Assembly: GCA_964468825.1 (NCBI GenBank)
Contig: CAYXWO010000001.1
Coordinates: forward strand, 3,234 to 67,233
Length of the DNA: 64,000 nt
Direction: 5' to 3'
Source of the DNA: an uncultured Candidatus Saccharibacteria bacterium
Lineage (GTDB): Bacteria; Patescibacteriota; Minisyncoccia; Phycocordibacterales; UBA5272
Below are positions 17,601-23,701 of this stretch, piece after piece (the stretch's first letter is position 1; the number at the start of each line of letters is the position of its first letter). The notes under the pieces were generated by a model, which saw nothing but the letters and a program-made list of their open reading frames with translations, was not told the origin of the DNA and made no database searches. A program made the position numbers and the translations under genes.

Positions 17601-19261
17601 CTGCTTTACGTTTGTTTTGTTTAAACCCGAGGAAAGTCTTTCCAGATAGTAAGATGGTAGGTTCAAAAATTACTGAGGCAGAAAGTAGTATTGCTACTTT
17701 TTTTGAAACAAAAGATAAACTAGTTTTTTTTGTTAATGGGTATGTTTACGGAGTCATACGTGGCGAAAATTCAGTGTTATCTCAAATGAAAATGCCTGAA
17801 GGGGTTACGGTAAGAATTATTGATGGAGACACCTCACGAGAGGAGCGCCGTGAAATTGAACAAGAATTAAAATATACAAGTAATGGAAAGATTTTACTCG
17901 TGGTAAATGGTGGGGCCGCTGATGTTGCTGTCGATTTCTCTGCGGCAGAAGGGGTGCAATTTTACAATGAGCCTTGGACAAAATTTGATAAAATGCAACA
18001 GACATCGAGAGTTTATCGGCCAGGATTAAAACATGATATTGAAGTCGGAACATCGGTAACAAGGGGTTCTGTTGAGGAGGGGATGCATTATTATATTGAA
18101 ATGAAATACCGTGCCGTTGTAAAACTTCTTGAAGGGATACCTCTGTCAGAAATGGAAAAATCACTCCTTCTCCTAGATGAAAAGGCGTCAGATGTTGTTT
18201 CAGTTGATAAGGATTTTGGATTTGCTGAGGAGTGGCTCCAGACTCCGATGGGTAGACTTAACAGGTTTTCTAAAATGACGAAAGAAATCGGTGAAAAGGA
18301 ATTTGTTTCAAGATTTCTTCCAGAACATGGGGAGGCATACGCTTCTTTCTACGAAGAGTTGGAGACTCATAGTTTCGAAGCAAATACCGCTCGCTTTGTG
18401 GCTACTCTAATTGAAGAGTATCGAAAAGAAAAAGATCTTCCTGTTGATATAACTGTCTTGGATTTGGCATCTGGTCCAGAAATGTTACGAAAACGCATGC
18501 GAACTGAAACAAATGAAAATGTGTATAGCCTCGACATAAACCCAGAACACTTTAAAGGAAGAGGTGGTAAACAGGTGGTTGGAGGTCTTACTAAACTTCC
18601 ATTCCGTGATTCTTCAATAGACTATGTAAATTTATCTCACTCACTTCATTATTCGTCTTTTCGACCAGAAAAAGGAGATTATGAAAGACTGACTGTCTTA
18701 GCAGAGATTTCAAGAGTTCTTAAAGTTGGTGGCAGAGTCACGATTAATTTGGCGCATACTCAGAGCTTTAGAAGTCTGGAAAGGTTGGGTGAGATAGCAG
18801 ACGAAATGGGGCTAACAATCATCAATGCTAAAACTGGACTAGTTGTATCTGATAATAATTATATGTCACCATGTGTAACATTTGAAAAAGTAGAAGAGAT
18901 AGACCTGTCTTCGACATTGACTGAACTAAAATCTAGAAGAAGGTACACACTCTACGGATTACGTCTAGACACTCATCGGGCAACAAAAAAATTACATAGC
19001 ACTCAAAAAATCGCAAAGGATTTTTCTATCCATGGACAGACTATGGAAACGATTCTTAACAAGGAAGATATGGTTTTGCTAAGTGAACAAGAAGAAATAC
19101 AAAATGAGGGAGACAGACTTATAAAACAATATGGCGGAAGCGTAGCTTTGATTCCCAAAGAGGAAATTCAAGAACGAGGATTCTTACGCTACACTTCAGG
19201 TAATAAGAGCCGACTTGTAAAGAAAGGTAGTCATAGTAAGACCTTTATATATGTGAACTAA
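14678..19261 (+). CDS. giant multidomain protein: N-terminal tandem ~90-aa repeats + SNF2-family helicase + class I SAM-dependent methyltransferase
   Basis: SNF2 motifs GDEMGMGKS / IVDEAHKFKN / LLSGTPIPNK / QQTSRVYRPG. MTase motifs VLDLASGPE / LPFRDSSIDYV / LKVGGRVTI. Three clear 'PEGYIS...FYSPEL..I.ELK' repeats at aa ~275-520. Confidence 0.8.
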   Translation: MNDEAPRHPWGFSANTEKPPVELSALAKECGVSEKEIREVLIKLGCAKPERKDVLRPRSGKPAIRKSTLTCLSVDAEQVRRYYKIENESPSVNENEKEVTQDNKPPKNWPSLGRLRIKLGLERSEIRSCLHEVTLSGLRSGLANTPFGALVQKSTSEMTVEYNGVTYISPEVAERLTELSTTIFRKRDGGKYLDASQAIQELGLADGKPEDANEKLKQEIDNFLQKYPWLSKEIVEKADIAGGPATIYYSRDLLSFIRKINESDNSFVTATEDVPEGYISERDIINSLELFPSKLEVLKKKVLTEVTLEKPIVGLFKPGSKAKKIEYFYSPELFKKISELKIFDESLREETLDESQGELIVFDVETETPEGYISKRECISILDITPEKFERLVMEVSQHHPEFSRPTVAIPRTNRSLRPRIFYSQELIKAISEFKTANEKDSPVEIKQEAIPEGYISLLDCTISLGISANKVQQLVDECLYLRPTLKQEGVINRRRGQSRGLSVFYSPELVSAITELKQKNDKLQREKIEDAQRILEETIKLKERLASVLDDISRGLPETAPFRRAVSLFGGARTIDLLKKFYPEFVEIPAQYMQKEVASYLSDYMVSRSENVIEDLDAAVPFLHEKVFSETLFTILKNNCAIYYSKKKRESRERTDQEILDEYYLILEQKAELLKSNELRVVVKGIEEYIQSLLNDFQKPEAIVDELNAGREFPDLNQIINIKEVADNRHVLIGDEMGMGKSGSAILSKEYLGVSTAIVIAPSNAIDMWKEYLSANVSPSGKQVGYFKPGKAPRVLEIQSVDDLSKARSQEYDYVLISHDRISEELATKLREVSYEMVIVDEAHKFKNITGGKRSNALLGMLEDCEDRDTYTVLLSGTPIPNKIRDMAIILKLLYPDRFGHMDNNLLVSSIIRGDLTDLRELLLLRTQMKKLSESIQMPKKEERLDFVTLSEGERELYQVVMEDDQMNSMERLSALRLFCLNPRKVFPDSKMVGSKITEAESSIATFFETKDKLVFFVNGYVYGVIRGENSVLSQMKMPEGVTVRIIDGDTSREERREIEQELKYTSNGKILLVVNGGAADVAVDFSAAEGVQFYNEPWTKFDKMQQTSRVYRPGLKHDIEVGTSVTRGSVEEGMHYYIEMKYRAVVKLLEGIPLSEMEKSLLLLDEKASDVVSVDKDFGFAEEWLQTPMGRLNRFSKMTKEIGEKEFVSRFLPEHGEAYASFYEELETHSFEANTARFVATLIEEYRKEKDLPVDITVLDLASGPEMLRKRMRTETNENVYSLDINPEHFKGRGGKQVVGGLTKLPFRDSSIDYVNLSHSLHYSSFRPEKGDYERLTVLAEISRVLKVGGRVTINLAHTQSFRSLERLGEIADEMGLTIINAKTGLVVSDNNYMSPCVTFEKVEEIDLSSTLTELKSRRRYTLYGLRLDTHRATKKLHSTQKIAKDFSIHGQTMETILNKEDMVLLSEQEEIQNEGDRLIKQYGGSVALIPKEEIQERGFLRYTSGNKSRLVKKGSHSKTFIYVN
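15493..16245 (+). repeat. three (possibly four) diverged tandem ~250-285-nt intragenic repeats encoding 'PEGYIS' modules
   Basis: Repeat units start near 15500, 15783 and 16032 (ccgGAAGGgTATATatct / ccaGAAGGaTATATttca / ccaGAGGGtTATATatct). Confidence 0.5.
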
Positions 19262-19310
19262 AAAGAGGCCTTATAGATTGAATACCAAGAGAAGTATTTA
19301 CATCTACGAA

Positions 19311-19826
19311 CTATTTCTCAACTATAATTCTCATACCTGTTATAGGCTCTACGAAACGATTCGTCTGTTCAATTTTTGCAGTTGAGTAATTACCTTTTAG
19401 CTTATGGGCCATATCAAGAGCAGCTTTAATCGCTTGAGTGTCTGGCACAGCATAGAAGGCGAGTTTTGCATTCCCAGAGGGGCGAATCGAAATGACGTAA
19501 AGACCACAGGATTCGAGATGTTCTCGTATCTCAGTATCTTCAAGATTTTTATCAAAAGAGATATAGGTAATATGCTTTTGGTTAAATAGTCTCTTGTGTT
19601 GGTCCATGATGTACTCATTCGGAAGAAACTCTTCTAAAAGAGTGGTCCAGTTCTCAGAGCTTGTGAGCTTACTTGGTGTTTTAATCGTTGCTTCTGAGTA
19701 ACCTGCTGTACGCATAGCCATAGTCACAGACCCACCATTTTCCACTAAAGCTTTCATTGCCTTCCTCTGTTTCGTTGTAGCCTTTGCCTTAATGATTTTA
19801 ATTGACTTTGTATCACTATTTACCAT
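19311..19826 (-). CDS. small-terminase-like HTH protein (paralog of 10690-11151), inverted orientation
   Basis: 'ALVENGGSVTMAMRTAGYSEATIKTPSKLTSSE' is ~50% identical to the ORF A N-terminus over ~50 aa. Nucleotide identity is also visible (ttagtggaaaatggtgg vs ctagtggaaaacggtgg). Confidence 0.5.
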   Translation of the reverse strand: MVNSDTKSIKIIKAKATTKQRKAMKALVENGGSVTMAMRTAGYSEATIKTPSKLTSSENWTTLLEEFLPNEYIMDQHKRLFNQKHITYISFDKNLEDTEIREHLESCGLYVISIRPSGNAKLAFYAVPDTQAIKAALDMAHKLKGNYSTAKIEQTNRFVEPITGMRIIVEK

Positions 19827-19900
19827 ACTTTAATGGTATCAAATTATTATATGAATCGCACTTTTTGAAAAGGTCTTACCAGAGTGGTACAATTCTAGAT

Positions 19901-20893
19901 ATGGAAAAGGACCCTCTTCTCACGGCAAAACTTATCTACTTTTGTGAAAAAATTTTGGAGTCAAAGCGTGATGGGGACCAATTTACTTCTGTTAGCTATG
20001 CTCCGCTTCTTGGCATGACCAGAGATGAGGTTTCTGACTTGATTCATCTTCTTAAAACTAAAAAACTTGCAAAGTGGGAATATGTCATCAAAACAGTTCA
20101 AGACGATGAGGGGCGGGACGTTGAGGTTGATTTTGATTCGTTGAGTTTTAACAAACGAGGGATTAAGGAGTATGTGAAAAAATTAAAGAAAGGTCTTAAG
20201 GAAAGTCCCACTATTAAACGAGAAGAGTTGTTGCGAATCAGAGAGCAGGTCAACTCTATATTTAACAAGAAAGCATGTATGCGAGTGCTTGCTAAGTTTT
20301 ATTCTACGGATGATCTTTATATCTATTTTCACTATGATAAGTATGTTCTTGTAGACCTACTTCTGAGCCATGCATACTCGAATAAAGTGTCACTTGCAGA
20401 AGTGCTTGCTGAGTTCCTCAATCCCGTCTACTACAACCTTGGTGAAGAAGGAAAATCAGAGCAGTTATTTCACTTCATCGATAAAGTCTTTTCTTTATGT
20501 GCAACTGAAAAAGATTATAATGAGTGGCAAGAAAAAGCATCAAAGTATATTACCACTATACAAAAGAAAATGAGCTCAAAAAAGAATAGTCATAATGAGA
20601 TTGAAATCGTTGGTGGAAATGTTAATTTTAAAGATATCACAATGCCGATTGAGAGAGGCCATAAAAAGATGTTTATTGAGCTCAACAAAACTCCTCAGAT
20701 TAATAGAAATGGAAAACTATTTAAGCAAGGTGAAAAGGTCCATAGAAGTGTGTTGCAAAGCGTCGCATATCGAGATGAAGACTCATTCAGAGCAGCGCTA
20801 GCCAAACTTAGAACAAAACTTAGGGAATCTGGTCTCCCTGTTGAGATTGTGAATGATACTACTAATCACTATATGCTAACGATCAATTATTAA
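19901..20893 (+). CDS. putative transcriptional regulator with C-terminal OmpR/PhoB-type winged helix
   Basis: C-terminus 'ALAKLRTKLRESGLPVEIVNDTTNHYML' fits the trans_reg_C pattern (LRxKL...P..I.TVRGxGY). Start moved to the ATG at 19901 to avoid overlap with the divergent gene. Confidence 0.45.
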   Translation: MEKDPLLTAKLIYFCEKILESKRDGDQFTSVSYAPLLGMTRDEVSDLIHLLKTKKLAKWEYVIKTVQDDEGRDVEVDFDSLSFNKRGIKEYVKKLKKGLKESPTIKREELLRIREQVNSIFNKKACMRVLAKFYSTDDLYIYFHYDKYVLVDLLLSHAYSNKVSLAEVLAEFLNPVYYNLGEEGKSEQLFHFIDKVFSLCATEKDYNEWQEKASKYITTIQKKMSSKKNSHNEIEIVGGNVNFKDITMPIERGHKKMFIELNKTPQINRNGKLFKQGEKVHRSVLQSVAYRDEDSFRAALAKLRTKLRESGLPVEIVNDTTNHYMLTINY

Positions 20894-20998
20894 AGCGAGT
20901 AATTTGAGTAGTACCTAGTAGTACTATCAATGGTACTTATGACATTCTTTCCAGCTATATAGCTCAAAGCTATCCACAGAAAAGTATGTATATATACG

Positions 20999-21025
20999 AA
21001 AAAGCCTAATATCTAAGGCTTTTTC
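20999..21025. terminator. bidirectional hairpin AAAAAGCCT-aatatct-AAGGCTTTTT
   Basis: Perfect stem flanked by A and T runs. Confidence 0.55.
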
Positions 21026-21044
21026 TTTATGCGAAAGTCGTCCC

Positions 21045-21239
21045 ATGGACGATAAGAAAGCGCAAAAAGAAATCAAGGTGAGTTATCAGGAGGTATCTGA
21101 TGACCCGGAAGTAATCAATCAAAAAATTGAGGAGGCTTTTGATGCGCTATTTGAAATCGTCTATAAAAATTATTGGTTAGACATTCAAAACTATGGCACA
21201 ACAAAACAAAGACGAGATCTTGGCGAAGAAGCTGAGTGA
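21045..21239 (+). CDS. small hypothetical protein (64 aa), paralog of the next ORF
   Basis: Shares an 'h..YxK/N-YWL' motif with the ORF at 21193-21384. The two overlap by 47 nt in different frames. Confidence 0.3.
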   Translation: MDDKKAQKEIKVSYQEVSDDPEVINQKIEEAFDALFEIVYKNYWLDIQNYGTTKQRRDLGEEAE

Positions 21240-21384
21240 CGTATTGGCAAAGCATTACGAAAAGTATTGGTTAGCTGAAAAGAGAGGTAAGGTAAATTAT
21301 CAAGAGATAAACGATACGCTTGTGGTACATATCAAGCAAGTACTTACGTTTTACGAGAATAGTAAACGAGCCTATGGAAAATAA
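21193..21384 (+). CDS. small hypothetical protein (63 aa), translationally coupled to Prim-Pol gene
   Basis: Its stop overlaps the Prim-Pol ATG (tATGgaaaaTAA). Confidence 0.3.
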   Translation: MAQQNKDEILAKKLSDVLAKHYEKYWLAEKRGKVNYQEINDTLVVHIKQVLTFYENSKRAYGK

Positions 21385-23431
21385 ATTCAAAACGGCAGCA
21401 CTTAACTATCACAAGAAAGGGTTCTCGGTTATCCCGCTAAAGCCACAAAGTAAGATTCCAATGCTTACGCACTGGCAACAGTATTCAACTACAAAATCGA
21501 CAGTTGAGGAAATTGAAAAGTGGTGGACCGAGACACCGAATGCAAATATCGGGGTTGTATGTGGTCCAGCTGGTGGAAGATTTTTGTTCGTTGTCGATCA
21601 AGATGTGCTCAAAGACGAAAACAAGATTCCTATGCTGGATGAAAATGGAGACTTCAAGGAGCGTGGTGATATACGAGGTTGCCCTCCGACAGTTCTTCAA
21701 ACAAGTGGTAGTGGCGGCAAGCAGATGTTCTATTTTGCACCAAAGGGATATGAGGTTGGTAATCGTATTGGTGTACGCCGTCTTGTGGATGTGAAGGGAC
21801 TTAATGGTCAGGTGGTTGTACCACCATCAATTCATCCCAATGGGAAGGAGTACTCGTGGGATTGGGAAGACCTTGATCCAGCTAGCATAACCGAGTTTCC
21901 TAAAGAGGATCTAGACGCATTCTTGGGAGTGAGTAGTGACGGCAAAGATTCAGTTGATAAAGTTCTCGCTGGCGTTCCTGTAGGAGAAGGGAAAAGGCAT
22001 ATTGGCATCGCACAGGTCGCTGGATACTACTTGAGAAAAGCAAAGTCTCCCGCAGAAATAGATATGGCAAGAATAGCTGTCTATGCATGGGATAAGATAG
22101 TGAATAAGTCTCCTGAGCCAGAAATGGAGAGACGGAAGGAGATCGATAACGTGTTTGACGGTATTCTCAAACTAGAGCAAACAAAGAGAGGTAAGCAAAC
22201 TTCCTCATCAGGTAAAGCTGAAAAGAAATTCGTTGAGCCTAAGTTGTGGCAAATCAGTGATATCTTAACGACTGATTTCGGAGAGGAGGAGTGGGCAGTA
22301 GAAAATCTCATATCTAAGCAAGGTATCACAGCTCTTTCAGGAAATCCTGGCGACTTCAAAACATGGCTAACGATTCATACAGCGCTCTGTGTCGTCCGTA
22401 ACGTGCCGGTGTTCGGTAAGTTTAAAGTGACACAAGGCAATGTGCTCATTATAGATGAAGAGGACCATATCAGGTTACTTAAAAAGAGACTGGAGCTTCT
22501 TGGTGCCAAAGAGAGTGACGAAATTCATTATCTCTCTCAAGGTGGCATAAAAGTTGATAACGAAGATGTGCTTGAATTCATTCTTAGGATTATCGAGGAC
22601 AAGGATATTAAGCTCGTGATACTCGACTCACTTGTGAGAATTCATGATCAAGAAGAGAACGATGCGAGCGGTATGTCGACTGTGTTTAGCAACTTACAGA
22701 AATTTATCACCGCTGGGGCATCAATACTCTTTACTCATCATCATAGAAAGCAAACTGGGTTCGGTAGTAGCAATGCAGGGCAGAGCATGAGAGGTTCTTC
22801 GGATATATTGGCCGCTGTGGACTGTCACATTATGATTGAAAGAAAGCGTGAAGAGGAACACAGACTCATCATAAAGCAGACAAAGTTAAGACAAGCTGAG
22901 CTATTACCAGCGTTTGAACTCAGTGTCACTCAGGGTGAGCATGGTCCATCGGGTTTCGAGTATATCGGTGATTATGATGAGCGTAGAAATAAGGCTGAAG
23001 AGGTAGCTGAAGCAATCATACTATTGCTCTCAGACGGCATGAAGAATCGCTCAGAGTTGCAAGAAATACTTATTGATGAATACGGTAAGACGGTAATTGA
23101 TGATGGCATAAAAATCGCACAAGAGATGGAAAAGATTGAACGTGTACCGAAAGAAGAGATACCAAAGGCTGACAGGAAGAAGGCCTACTATAGAGTACCA
23201 GGAGTCACGAGTGCCCACATTCAAAATGATCTTCCTGTTTCCTTAACATATATAGATGACGGGAAGCAGGAAGATGAATACGCGTACTTAGTTGAAAGTG
23301 AAGGAGAGCTAAGTGTATGTTGTAAAGCTCCGATGTATGGAGGCGCCCAGTGTAGCGCATGTGGCGCAGATGGTAAGTTCTATACCGACGAGGAGATGGA
23401 GCAAAAGGTTCTTAACTTCCAGAATAGCTAG
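21374..23431 (+). CDS. replication protein: bifunctional primase-polymerase (Prim-Pol) N-domain + RepA/AAA_25-like ATPase + C-terminal Cys cluster
   Basis: 'GFSVIPL..K.P...W', 'ANIGVVCG', 'VVPPSIHPNGKEYSW', then a RecA-fold region (VLIIDEEDH, LVILDSL) and CC..C..C at the C-terminus. Confidence 0.7.
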   Translation: MENKFKTAALNYHKKGFSVIPLKPQSKIPMLTHWQQYSTTKSTVEEIEKWWTETPNANIGVVCGPAGGRFLFVVDQDVLKDENKIPMLDENGDFKERGDIRGCPPTVLQTSGSGGKQMFYFAPKGYEVGNRIGVRRLVDVKGLNGQVVVPPSIHPNGKEYSWDWEDLDPASITEFPKEDLDAFLGVSSDGKDSVDKVLAGVPVGEGKRHIGIAQVAGYYLRKAKSPAEIDMARIAVYAWDKIVNKSPEPEMERRKEIDNVFDGILKLEQTKRGKQTSSSGKAEKKFVEPKLWQISDILTTDFGEEEWAVENLISKQGITALSGNPGDFKTWLTIHTALCVVRNVPVFGKFKVTQGNVLIIDEEDHIRLLKKRLELLGAKESDEIHYLSQGGIKVDNEDVLEFILRIIEDKDIKLVILDSLVRIHDQEENDASGMSTVFSNLQKFITAGASILFTHHHRKQTGFGSSNAGQSMRGSSDILAAVDCHIMIERKREEEHRLIIKQTKLRQAELLPAFELSVTQGEHGPSGFEYIGDYDERRNKAEEVAEAIILLLSDGMKNRSELQEILIDEYGKTVIDDGIKIAQEMEKIERVPKEEIPKADRKKAYYRVPGVTSAHIQNDLPVSLTYIDDGKQEDEYAYLVESEGELSVCCKAPMYGGAQCSACGADGKFYTDEEMEQKVLNFQNS

Positions 23432-23453
23432 TTTATAAGGTGGATAATGCTTT

Positions 23454-23482
23454 TGACATTTAAGAACAATTATGAGTATAAT
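23454..23482 (+). promoter_or_regulatory. consensus promoter TTGACA-17-TATAAT, 6 nt before ATG (leaderless xis)
   Basis: Hexamers at 23454-59 and 23477-82. ATG at 23489. Confidence 0.5.
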
Positions 23483-23488
23483 TAATAT

Positions 23489-23701
23489 ATGGAATTTTAC
23501 ACAAGAAACGAGGTTGCGAAATACTTTAGAGTGCATGAGAGAACAATTGACCGCTGGATAGAGAGCGGTAGTTTGAAGGGGTATAAGTTTGGTGATGGTA
23601 AAACAGCTACGCTTCGTATACCAAAAGGAGAGGTCGAAAGGTTTTTAGAAGATCACAGAAGTGATAAAAAACAAGATGGAAAAAATAAATCAACAAAATA
23701 A
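23489..23701 (+). CDS. excisionase/Xis-family HTH DNA-binding protein (candidate RDF)
   Basis: 70 aa. 'NEVAKYFRVHERTIDRWIESG' is an HTH_17-like helix. Confidence 0.55.
   Translation: MEFYTRNEVAKYFRVHERTIDRWIESGSLKGYKFGDGKTATLRIPKGEVERFLEDHRSDKKQDGKNKSTK

Noticed and set aside
15421-18164. Minus-strand ORFs inside the 1527-aa gene (15421..15627, 17182..17430, 17427..17666, 17817..18164)
   Set aside because: Antisense shadow ORFs within a gene supported by SNF2 and MTase motifs.
19802-19900. Upstream start (19802) of the wHTH regulator gene
   Set aside because: It would overlap the divergently transcribed TerS-like gene by 25 nt. The internal ATG at 19901 was used instead.
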